From contig NC_068996.1 of NCBI RefSeq assembly GCF_001194135.2, positions 51,724,929 through 51,788,928 of the forward strand: a stretch of DNA of 64,000 nucleotides. Direction: 5' to 3'. The position numbers and the translations under genes were made by a program. The first letter of the stretch is position 1. Each line of letters begins with the position of its first letter. The notes below the pieces were generated by a model that saw nothing but the letters and a program-made list of their open reading frames with translations, did no database searches and had not been told where the DNA came from. Below, piece after piece: positions 12,521 through 26,155 of this stretch. The DNA comes from Octopus bimaculoides. Taxonomy: Eukaryota.

Positions 12521-13489
12521 ATTCAATACAAAACAGAAATTCATCATTTCTCATAAATTGCAATATTTTTCTTTTAACTTGCTATAGGTTTTGTTCCATA
12601 AATTCTCAAGGAATTCCTCCAGCTAAAATTGCCAAGAAATCGAGGTTTTGTTGAAATGTAATCAAGAGAAATGTTTTCTATAATGTTACGAAATATGTTT
12701 CACACAATGAAGGCAAAAAACACATAGTGTCTATTATGAATCAAGTTTACTGGTGAAACATTCTACCATTAAAGAGAGAGAGAGGGGGGGGTGTTTAAAT
12801 TTAGATTCTACAAAATTCAGACTTAATTATATTTTACAAGAAATAACAACTAATATATGTTAAATGTTAGATAACAAAACTTGATAAATTGTAGATTTAG
12901 GTATGAAAGTTCCTGAAATATAATATACTTTCTGAGATCTTTATGCAATAAATGAATCCACACATAGGAAAAGAAAAATCAAATGCTAATTGAACTTCAG
13001 CAGGTAAAACATTGATGATTGGATAATGTTATCCTGTTGGTTCGTCAATATTTTCATGAAATTATTTAAAAATGTCAAATTTACATAAATACACAAGAAA
13101 AAAGAAAAAAAAAAGATTCCTTTAAAATTTTTTTTTTATTATAACAAATGATAGACAAAGGGTCATCTCTTCATTTTTTTCTTTTTCTTTTCTTTTTTTT
13201 TTTGGAAAATCTAATATCTTCCTATTAGAAATATTTTAATGGTTTATTTAGCTTAAAAAATAGTGTACATAACTGTATTTTTGAAACTGTCTAATTCTCA
13301 AAATAGAAAAATAAAAGCAAAAAACAGAAAACTGAGTGAGATTGTTATAATAAGTACAATGGTAGCATTATTATTATAAGATATGTATATGTATCTATAT
13401 ATGTACACATGATTATGTGTGTATGTATGTGTGTGTCTACATATATATACACATAGGTAATATGTATGTGTGTGTGTGTGTGTGTTGCT

Positions 13490-13520
<31 letters not shown>

Positions 13521-16500
13521 GTTAATGTTTGTTTACTGATGAAAAGACTCAATATTGGATGCCAAGTCAAATTTACTATAAACATGAGAGTTGAATGTGA
13601 CTTTTAGACTTTCTCAAAGCTTGTATGAACTGTCCATTTGACCACACCTTGAAATAAGCGACATTTGCAGTCACAGACAACCCTTTTTATACATTTATGA
13701 TATGCACACAAACCCCCACACACACACGTACGTACATACATGTGTATGCATACAGTATGTGCACATTTTAGACACATAAAATTGAGTGACGGGTGTTATC
13801 ACTGAAGTAGGTATATAAATGTGTATATGAATATATATGTACATGTCATGTATGTTTATATATATATATATGTGTGTGTGTGTGCGTATGTATTTATTTC
13901 TTAGAGACAGGTCTCTCTCTTTCTCACACACACACACACAAGCACTTATGTAAAGTTACATATATAATTGTATATAAATACACACATACATATATACTTA
14001 AATATGTATTTATAAAATTGTTTCGGGAGCATCAACCATGTAAGTTCAAACAATAAGAAAATTATAACTGGGCAAAATGTTAATTACCAAATATTTAATT
14101 AATTAAAAAAAAATTCTTGATTGTATCCCTAATTTATTTTGTAAATATGCAAACAAAATCCTTAACACTAGTATTAATATAGGGTCTACTTAAAATTTTT
14201 TTAAAGAGTTAAATAATGTTTTTAAAAAGTTACACTAATATATAAATTGCTCTTAGATTATTCAACGATTTAAAAAAAAAATGTTCAGCTATAAAATTTA
14301 AAAACAAGTTTTTAAAAGTGAAAATATTTTATTACATTTTTTTGTTTTGTTAGCAATATTTAGCAGACATCGATGCTATCTTGTCAATACCGATTAGGGT
14401 CCAATCAGCAAGTTGAATTATTATTTAGCTTCGTTAGTAGTTAAAATACTTGAGCTGACACAATTTTACATTAGCATCACTTATAAAATGAAACAGCTAT
14501 CATAATGGCCCACTACTATCCATAGCAAATAAAACATTACTAATTACATTTGCAAAAGTTCATAAAAAAAAAAAATGAAAGCAAAAAAAGCAAATGCTTT
14601 ATATTACAATAAAATCCAAACTGCTCCTGTTTGAAAAATGTCCTTCATATGCTTGGAACTCGACAGAATATGGTATAATGAAAATGATGCTGAAGAAGAT
14701 AATGAGTTAATGAAAGTAATTATGAATTATGACTTTTATAGTGGTGATGACAATGATGATGATAACTGATTATGATGATTATGACAAGCTGCAGCTGATG
14801 ATGTAATTAAACTAAAATATTTTAAATATACCTATAGCATTTGTAAAAATTCAATATCTAAATTTAATTTAAAAAAACAATAGTAATAATAATAGTCAGA
14901 GGACTAAAGGTCAGATTTGCTATCTAACCTTTATGAAAGGGAGCTTTTCCATAAGATATGCAGAAAATAAAGCATTATTTTATACACTGGCAACAGCTGT
15001 AAAACTAAACAGCCATAGGAATAATATTCTTTGTTCGAGTGGTTTTTAAATCTTAAAAGAATCTAAATTTAATCAAATTTAAAGAATTACCTTTTCTGAC
15101 CAGAAAATTCTTTAATTTTATTACTGACATTATTCATTTTTGGATTTGGAGTAAGCTGAGGAAATTGTATTAATCAAATAACACCTTCACTGTTGCAATT
15201 CCAAAGATAAAAAGCATTATTTAAAAATTTATTTGTACAATTTTAAATCAAACATCATGTCACAATGCAAAATGCAAAATAATTAGGGATTTAATCAATA
15301 TAATATTAAAAAATATTTTTATCTTAAGACAAACAGCAAGAAATAAAACAAACCATATATATTGGGAAGATAATTATCATATCATTGTTTAATAAAGTCT
15401 GTAGCTTCAGTTTCTTAGTAACAGTAAAGTATGAGACCAATTTTAGCTTATAAAAAGAAACTGAGGATGTACCAGTTTTCTTTGATACTTTGTGGCATAA
15501 GAAATTAACAAATGCCAAAACTGTCTTTAATAATGGTGAATGTTGTATAATCACTTTAGACAATAACTTGAAACCTTATGAAGTTATTAAAGTATCATGT
15601 TCAAATGAAAAAAACAAAAAAAACAAAAAAACTTATACTTTATGTAAAATGAAATTTGATAAATGATAATTCAATAATACAATGTCTTTGACATCATTGC
15701 AGTATGCATATTGGAAGAATACAGGAATAATACATACTTGTATGTAACAAGACTAACATTAAACAATGATTTTTATCTATTTAGAATTTCCAAAGAAAAA
15801 AATAATGTGAAAGAAAATTCATTGTTACAGAATGGTTTCTCTCATGTCTTAGGCATTTCTTGATAGCTGATATATGTACATTGTTGGCCCAGTAATCTAA
15901 CGGACTTCAGTTTATAAATCAGTGATGATGTAAAATTTAACACCTTAAGTCTTTCATTAAAAGTAATAAGAAATTATTTATAACTGAATTGAAATGCATG
16001 AAAGTATGAAATTAATGAAAGATATTTGAGGCATTTATCGTAATTGATGAAAGGCAATAATAATCTGCAATAAACTGGTTCTAATATTATGTTCCTCAAA
16101 AGAATTTTAAATAAATCTTTATCTAAAATAAAACTGGAGGATATTTTAGAATTTTAATGTTAATTTTGTTTTCAATTAGATGAATCTAGTATAAATTAAA
16201 CTAAATAGAAGAGAAATTATATTAGATTTCAATTGATCAAAAGCTGTCAAGTTTTGTGAAGGGATTATTATAAAACTAGCATGAATGTGCCAAAAAAGTC
16301 ATCAAACTGTTTGTCTATTTTATTAAGAAGGACATGGATATCTATATCTGTGGGAGTTATCTGAATCACAGGTGATTTTTAAGAAATGAAGTACAATTAC
16401 TTCTAGGAAACAATTTTCATAGCTAATAAGTTCAGTAAAATATTTAATAGGTTATTTAAAAAAAATTTTTCCTTCCAACTGAAGCAATACTGCAAGAATA

Positions 16501-17168
16501 TATGAAAACTTGAGCTATCATTACAATAATAAGAAAGATATATGAAAAATGTAGCAATTTTTTTGAAAAGGTTTTATATTTAACCTGCATACTCATTAGA
16601 GTTTTGAGGTTAAATTTACTCATTATCTAAAAGTTATATGATGGAAGATAACATAAATTTGTTCAAGTTGTAATTTTAAATAATCAATTTTTAAAAAATG
16701 AAGTGATAATTTTTCAAATTATAATTCATTTCTACATTAAATGAAAATACTATTCAGTTATGATTTGATAAAATTTATACACACATGCATATTAGATGTG
16801 CATATATATTTATATACACGTCTATTATAAAATGTGTACATAAATTTATACACAGATGTCTGTATTATTAACATTTGAAATGAATTTATTTCTAATTACT
16901 TTTTTAATAAATTTATAAAAATAATCTTTAAAAATTATTCTGAATAATGTTAATGTTTAATATCTACTTTTGATATCCCAATGAATAAGAAGACATAGTT
17001 TCATGACACTAAAATGGTGTACAATCTTTCATAGCCGTTTATCTGCAGTGCTAGAACTAGAAAGATTAAACCTATTGCTAGTTAAGTTGAAGTTAAGCTA
17101 AAGTTTATGCAGAGTTTGTCCAACAATTTTTGGAATTATCTAGAATTTTTTTAGAACATTTAATTCTA

Positions 17169-17387
17169 TTAAATATTTGTATCTTTAGTATCAGAATTGG
17201 GTACAATTTCAAGATTGGCTTCTGCTGATTTTTCAATTAAATGATTTTGAACAGTAGCGGATTCTTCTGCAGCAATTTCTGGTTCACAGTCATAATCACA
17301 CCGAGTGATTAGCGTCACTTTCGTAAGATCCTCATTGGGCCGCAGTTGGTATGACTTGAGCATTGGACGTAGCAAGTATTCAATTCT
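17169..17387 (-). CDS. SLC6: SLC6 coding exon 13 (C-terminus, stop)
   Basis: [17 protein letters not shown]...DTKDTNI*. Acceptor atttgcag, TAA at 17171-17169. RxxxLLxP is typical after TM12. Confidence 0.9.
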   Translation of the reverse strand, partial: RIEYLLRPMLKSYQLRPNEDLTKVTLITRCDYDCEPEIAAEESATVQNHLIEKSAEANLEIVPNSDTKDTNI

Positions 17388-20300
17388 CTGCAAATGTTAA
17401 AAGAATTAAAATAATTATAAGATGTGTTTTTTTTAAATTTTTTATTAAGCATTGTTTGTAATTATATTTTCTTAAATATAAACTATTTGTCAGTTACTGA
17501 ACTTTGTTTTATTTTTAAGATTTCATAAAAAAAAACAACCTTATAACAAGAAAACTTATATAATAAATTAGATATGATTTTCTTTATTAAATTATTAGAC
17601 ATTGCATTCAAATAGATGAATCAAAAATTAATATTGTGCAATATGATAACATAAGTATATGTATGTAACATATACATACTTACACACACACGTGATGGTG
17701 AATAAATAATACCTAATAAATAAATAATATATAAATATATATACACACACACACATACATACACTTGTATATATATGCACACACAATGATTTGCATCATC
17801 ATCATCATCATTTAATGTCCATTGTCCATGCTGGCATGGATTGGATAGTTTGACCAGAGCTGGTAAGCTGAGGGGCTGCACCAGGCTCCAATCTGATCTG
17901 GCAGAGTTTCTACAGCTGGATGCCCTTCTTAATGCCAACCATTCGAAGAGTGTAATGGGTGCCATTTGCACAACACTAGTATCTGCCACTACTGTGATTT
18001 CACTTGGCTTGATGGGTCTTCTCAAGCATGACACAATGCCAAAGGTCTCAGTCATTTGTCATTGCCTCCATGAAGCCCATTGCTCGAAAGGTGTGTTTCA
18101 TGTGCCACAGGCACAGTTGCTAGTTCCGCGACACCAGCATTGGCCATATTACCTCCATGAGGCCCAATGCTCTAAAGATACTTTTTATGTGCCACTGGTA
18201 CAGGTGCCAATTACACAACGCCAATAACTGCCACAACTATGATTTTACTTTGCTTGATAGGTTTTTGCAAGCATGGCATATCGGCAAATGTCTCAGTTGA
18301 TAGTAATTAACTCTATGAGGCCCAGCGTTTGAAGACCATGCTTCACCATCTCATTCCATGTCTTCCTAGGTATCCCTCTTCCACTGGTATTCTTAATGTG
18401 TTCCGGCAGATTTGAACACATATTCTAATTGCTGTTGCTTATGTCACAGGAGAACATTTCTTTTACAAAGCATATTCATATTTAAATCTGCTAGAACACA
18501 TTAAGAATATGCAAATTGGAAAAAAATAAAGGTGAATTTTGATTTTGTCGTGCAAATTCTGTCCCTACATGAAAATTTGTGCTTATTATTAATTAACATA
18601 CAATGTAATAAAATATAACTAATTTTGTAAAATAAATCTGATGTACATTATCTAAAATCAGTTTCTACTTCTGGTGGTATTCAATCATTTCAAATTTTTC
18701 TGTTTGCAGTGTATATAGGAGGAGACACTTGTACAGTACTGCACATTGAGCACAAATTTCCTGATATAGTCTTCAGTCAACCAAAGTCTTGTGAGTGGAT
18801 TTGGTAGAGACTGAAGGAAGGCCTTTGTTGCATAAAAACAATGTCAGTGCAAAAACAGTATTTTACCTGGAAATAAGGGAGGGTTGATCATAGTAGCTAC
18901 TACTAATTTCACTATCCCTTTCAAACATACATATGTATAAACGAGTCTAATGGAAGTGATGACACGTGATCGAGACCTTTGGTGATTTGCTGTGCTTGAG
19001 AAGACATGTCAAGCTGACTATAGCCACTGCTGGTGGTTTGTAAATTACACCCATGCCAGCAACATGTAAAAAGCACCCACTACACTCTTGGTTGACATTA
19101 GGAAAGGCATCCAACCATAAAAATCAAGCGAAATCCGATTGAAGCTTGGCACAACAGACTTAGCGGTCCTAGTCAAACTGTCAAATCCATGGAAATGGAT
19201 GCTAAATGATGATGGTGATGATGATGATGATGACACACCTACTAAAAAGAAATGGTAAGTTGCTAATAACTTACTGTTTTGAGTGATCCCTTTGTTTTGT
19301 AGATGTTAATAAACATTACTAGAGGAATAAATATAATTGAAGAGCATGCCATTGTCCAGCCAATAGATACCGCCCAGTGAGGGTAATGATATTCGATCAC
19401 TTTCCTCTTGTACGTTAGTTCAGAATAGCTGATAGTACTCAGGACGAAGACGATCTAAAACAAACAAAAATAGTATTTAATAATAATTCAAAATGCTAGA
19501 GATATCTTTTAAGTCTTTTGCTCTGAATTCCAGGAATTTGTGAAAGTTTTGGTATTACAAATAAAAACAATAAGTTAAAAGAAAACAAGTAAAATTAAGA
19601 GAAAGCCTGTTAAAATACACCAACTGATGTACTAAGTCTGATCAGAGCTGCCTCAGAAACATTGCAGTCCCAGGGGCAAATCAATGCACAGGGCCCTGTA
19701 GTACTTATTGACATCAAGCCACAACAACACAAATTAAATGAAGTTTTCACTTTATAAAAATACATCAGAATCAGGCCCCTAGGCAACTGCCCAATGTGCC
19801 CACATCTTGAGACAGTAGTGGGTTTGATCCTTCATTGATAAAACAACAGTTCACTGGATCTATCTCTGTTCAAGTGTTATTTTTAAACACACAGTTATCA
19901 GTTCAAGCTGACAATTTAATCATAATTTGTCCAAGGAAACCTAAATGAAGGCATCGGGCACTGTTCCTATTCCTCAGAATAATTAATAAAAAAGGAATAT
20001 GAAAGAAAATAAACCACTAGTTATATAAATGTCTATTAATCATTAGATACATAGTGAAGTTGCACAAGTACGGAAGTGAACCTGTGTTTTAGCAGATCAA
20101 TACAAATTAAAGTTTTCACTTTATAAAAGTACATTAATTCAATAATTTAAAATGTACTCTATAGAGTTACTGCATAATGGTTGAATAATTTTGTAAACAT
20201 TGCATCACTGTTTTCTTGATTTCATTTTTCTTTATAGTTGGTGATTGCATCAACAACTTCAACATGAAATAGCAGAGAAAGGGGGGGAAAAAAGCAAAAT

Positions 20301-22791
20301 TGACAATACCTGACAACTGGTTCCAAGTATGTGCTACAGACATAAGCCAAATATCAATACTAGTCTACTTGCTAATCACTCACTTGGACATATAATCTAT
20401 GTTGGGATATCACAAATGTTCTCATGTTCTATAGTTGCTAACACTACAAATTGTATCAGTTATGGCACAAATATATGGTTTTTAGATGCTGACATTTTCC
20501 TTGGCTTTCTTTTGTGAGTTGCAAAGATAACTCATCACAGTGGAGTTATTAATTTAATAGCCAGTTAATACACCTTACTACATGGTGCTTAATACCTGAA
20601 TTTGCTTATCTAATTTCTTTAGAAATTTACTTCTTCAATAAAGAGACTGAAAAATAAAAAGCAAGGTTTGAATATAATCTATTTACTTTGTCAGAGAAAA
20701 AGAGTAAACAAATAATTTTCTTTCTGGGACAATATGTCACTAGTACCCTAAATTCACTTATAATCTCAATGAAACATAATCAGAGCAAACCATTCTTTAC
20801 TTTATGCATTACATTTTTGTTTTTGTGCTGAAATTTATTAGTTATAAACAGGGATTGAAATTTGGACTTACAATAATACTTTCCACTCCCAAAATCAAAG
20901 ACCTTTAAATGACAGTTAATAATGTAAAGACATCCATTCAGGTTTGATGGTTTGTCCAGACCAATGTAGCCTTTCCACAATAGATGTGCCAACTAAGCAA
21001 TAAAGTATGAATGTCTGGTTTGGGTTTAAGCCACATTGGTCTTTTCCTAGCTGAAATATATCATCTGTACATGCCAAAGCTACAAGTGGTAGTTGTTGTT
21101 GTTGTTGTTGGCATTCCGTCTCTTACCACGTTGAGGGTTCCAGTTGATCCACTTGTGCAACTTCACTATGTATCCGGTTGATCCGATCAACGGAACAGCC
21201 TGCTCGTGAAATTAACGTGCAACTGGCTGAGCACTCCACAGACACGTGTACCCTTAACGTAGTTCTCGGGGATATTCAGCGTGACACACAGTGTGAGACA
21301 AGGCTGACCCTTTGAATTACAGGTACAACAGAAACAGGAAGTAAGAGTGAGAGAAAGTTGTGGTGGAAGAGTACAGCAGGGTTCGCCACCATCCCCTGCC
21401 GGAGCCTTGTGGAGCTTTAGGTGTTTTCGCTCAATAAACACTCACAACGCCCGGTCTGAGAATCGAAACCGTGATCCTATTACCGTGAGTCCGCTGCCCT
21501 AACCGCTGGGCCATTGCGCCTCTACACAAATGGTAGTAGTAACTCGCTAAATATATAGATATATCTATTAAACACACATATAAACAAGTATGTATTTAAT
21601 TACAGGTGAGAACATTTTATGAAGTATGTGAAAACCTGAAAAGACCGTGAGGAAAAACGAAAAAAATGTTAATCTATTTTTTGTGGCAAAAGTGGAGGAA
21701 GAAAAAAAAAAAATACCCTTTTTACTTTTAGTTATTATTAGCTGCTATTTACAGGTCCTTGTTTTTGAGGACAGATACAATGTAAATCAGAATTTCAATC
21801 CATATGCCCGATTTATAAATTTCAACATAATGCAAAAAGAAACACATAGTTTAAAGAATAAACGCACACACACACATGTGGTTAAAGACATCATAAAGAC
21901 TGTTAAAATCATTCTATAGCTTAATGAAATGTAATTGACTTCCAAATTTAAAAATTAGCATAAGTGTTTCTTTTGAAAAATGAAAATTATTTCAATAGCC
22001 TCGTAAGACAGCTCGTTTAAGTTGCATCATTATAAAAACTTAAAATACATTCTTAAAAGACCATTCAAGGAAATGTTAAACATGTGAATAATCTTAAATG
22101 AAAACATATTTAATACGTATGAAAATATTAAACTTGAAATACTGCAAAATAAATATTTACCAGTGTAAATGCTGGTGTCAGGTACATCCAACAATACTTC
22201 ATCCATTTACTCAACTTGAATCCATACATCATTTCAAGATTGTCATAGAACCGGTCTACCCCTGAAAGATTTAAATATAAATGCTATTTATCATAGTAAT
22301 GATGCCATTTCAAAAGATTTTGGGACAATTGTCAACAATTTTTGAAATGAGCTCTCAAATGGACCATGTAAAGCTAGTGTGTTTAAAATTGGGTGAGAAG
22401 TAAGTATAACAATAAGTATACAAGTGGAATTCTTTCATGTTCACTCTCATTGAAGTTATAAATAGGAAAAAAATAATGGTGAATTTTGATTTTGTCATGC
22501 AAATTTTGTCTCTAGATGAAAATTTATGCTTGTTATTTATTAACATACAAATATAATAAAATATAAATAATTTTGTAAAGATTATCCAAAACTAGTTTTT
22601 ACTACTAAGATTTACAAAGGATAATTTCCACAGATTGGAACTTAGGACATTTCATACCATTCTTTTATATAAAATCATTGGCAATGAGTTCTACACACCA
22701 ACACTCTTTCTTCAGTTTGTTTTAGTTGTGATGGTTAAAGCAACAAAGCAATCTCTATATGTTTGTGCAAGTGTGTATAGTATAAATGTAT

Positions 22792-22835
<44 letters not shown>

Positions 22836-23458
22836 ATACATAAAATAATATATAAGGATAATATATATTATTTTCTTTAACAAGCGTAACAGTTGACTAG
22901 ACAGTTACTTAACTTTTGCTTTCATGGTGTGATGAGACACAAATTTTAAGTCTGAAACAGGTGTCTTTCCAATAAGATGAAATGGACCTAGATTAGAGAA
23001 CCAACAATTTTATGGTACTGCCTATAGCTTACCTCAGTGAATTATAGTACTTTGCAACAATGAATTATATATATATTTGCAGGTAAATGGTCTGAATTAA
23101 TGTGATTAAAATGTGTTAATTGTAAATAGACACATCACAAAAGTGAAGACAATCTTTCAACTGCCTAACTCTCATAGCTGTGTGCCTAGTATACATTATA
23201 CACACAAATGTATTTATACATGTATAGATAAAACCTGAAGAGGAATGGGCTCTAGCAAACTGAGCTGTGCATCTACGAATAAATGGGTTATGGGAATCAC
23301 CATGAGAAAGAGAGAGAAAGACAGTGAGTGTGCACATGTGTGTGTATGTGTGCATGTATGCATATGTCTGAAAAGACATATATATACTTAGAGACATATA
23401 CACATTCGCTCAAAAGCACTAATCCACACATATATATATATATATATATTGTGTATAT

Positions 23459-23493
<35 letters not shown>

Positions 23494-23592
23494 CATATTG
23501 TATATATATTGTATATACAATGTATATAGATATATATATATACACACATATATCATATATATATATGTATATAAATGTACATATATATCTAT

Positions 23593-23655
<63 letters not shown>

Positions 23656-25850
23656 TACACACACAATATATTTATTTATTTAAATGTAAGCTTTTATGTT
23701 CCAATTATTAGCTCATTTCAACCACACAAAATTTCAAACACTTACTAAACATTTTTTCTCAATTTAACAGCAAAAGGGTCTATTCAAGCAAAACAGTCTG
23801 AAGATCCAGTCCCAGGAGGGCTTTACCCAAAACTTCATATACCACCATTCACTTAGCATGCAGCTAATAAGCATTTACTATAAGATGATATACATTTCAC
23901 CAACAGTTTAAAACTTTCATAAACAATTGTCTGATAGTTAAATTAGAAATACATACTTTAGAAATGTCAAGTAGGCAGATACGCACAGACCCACGCAAAC
24001 ATACATGCAAAACCATACACACAAAAAAGTAGGAAAAAAAAAAGAAAAAAACCTTATTAAATGTTTGAAAGAATAAAAAATATTGAATAAATTTAAGGAT
24101 AATAAGAATGTAAATAATGTATAACTTTATATGAATGTGGAATCAACAGTGTGAACCAACAGACATAAAAGTCTATTAACATAATTTTCCTTGCTCACAA
24201 TATGCAGAATATGTATGTGCATGTGTGTATGAAATTGTCTACTTTATATATAACTACTTATAAAAAAACATGAACACATATATACACATACACTTACACC
24301 CTGCAGTTATATGCATGGAAATATAAATGTATGCCTATACATGTACTTGCATATACATATACATACATATATACAAACATACATATATATATATATATAT
24401 ACATATATACATACACACACGCACACACACACATTTTATATATTATATAATGTGTATATACACACATATATATATATATATAATATATATATATATATAA
24501 ATAATATGTATGTATATATACATATATGTGCACCAATAAGTTATGGAGTATTTCCTTTCTTTTTATTTATACACATATACATTGACACAAGCATACACAC
24601 ACACACATCCATAAATAATTAAAGGTGAGAATATATTTTCTGAAAAATTTGCTGGAAGCAATTATAAGATAACCGTTACTACTTTTCTTTCGTATATTAA
24701 ATATTGTAACTGATTAGTTATGAAATTGATTAAAACTTATGTATAGGTGGATGAGTGGATGTAGGCAGTTGTAGCTAATGGTATAGGAATAATACAAATA
24801 ATAATAAATAAATAAAGACCATCTGAAACTGGACTTCAGGCTGTTTGTTTTCTCTCAAATATGTAGACATACCGTAGATATAAGCAACCACGACGCATTC
24901 GAAGAAAGCCACAAGAAGAACTATCCGGCTGGCCGGGTAGTAGTCGAACAACTGAAAGACATACATACCGCCCTACGAAAGGACGGTGATACATTTAGAA
25001 GATTTTGCATATATGATTTCAGCCTGCTCCATACCAACCAGTATGGGGGCAGAAATGAATTAGTTAGTTTACCTGGCTGTGCAGTGGAGAGCACTTGAAA
25101 ACAAGAAAATATTGCAGAGCTGGTGAATTGCTGACATCTCTTTGCTTAGAGTGAAAAAGTTTATATATATATACACATATATATATATATATAATAATAC
25201 AATATATATATATATATATATATATATANNNNNNNNNNNNNNNNNNNNNNNNNNNNNNNNNNNNNNNNNNNNNNNNNNNNNNNNNNNNNNNNNNNNNNNN
25301 NNNNNNNNNNNNNNNNNNNNNNNNNNNNNNNNNNNNNNNNNNNNNNNNNNNNNNNNNNNNNNNNNNNNNNNNNNNNNNNNNNNNNNNNNNNNNNNNNNNN
25401 NNNNNNNNNNNNNNNNNNNNNNNNNNNNNNNNNNNNNNNNNNNNNNNNNNNNNNNNNNNNNNNNNNNNNNNNNNNNNNNNNNNNNNNNNNNNNNNNNNNN
25501 NNNNNNNNNNNNNNNNNNNNNNNNNNNNNNNNNNNNNNNNNNNNNNNNNNNNNNNNNNNNNNNNNNNNNNNNNNNNNNNNNNNNNNNNNNNNNNNNNNNN
25601 NNNNNNNNNNNNNNNNNNNNNNNNNNNNNNNNNNNNNNNNNNNNNNNNNNNNNNNNNNNNNNNNNNNNNNNNNNNNNNNNNNNNNNNNNNNNNNNNNNNN
25701 NNNNNNNNNNNNNNNNNNNNNNNNNNNNNNNNNNNNNNNNNNNNNNNNNNNNNNNNNNNNNNNNNNNNNNNNNNNNNNNNNNNNNNNNNNNNNNNNNNNN
25801 NNNNNNNNNNNNNNNNNNNNNNNNNNNNNNNNNNNNNNNNNNNNNNNNNN

Positions 25851-25897
<47 letters not shown>

Positions 25898-26108
25898 CAT
25901 ATGTATATATGTTTTATATATATATATATTTATTATATATGTATATATATGTTTTACGTGATATATATCATATGCGTGTATGTATATATTTTTTTATATA
26001 TAATACATACATATGTATTATATATCATATATGTATATATATATTACATGTATTAATATATATGTATGTATATACATTGTGTGCTTGTGTGCATGTGTGT
26101 TTATGTGT

Positions 26109-26155
<47 letters not shown>

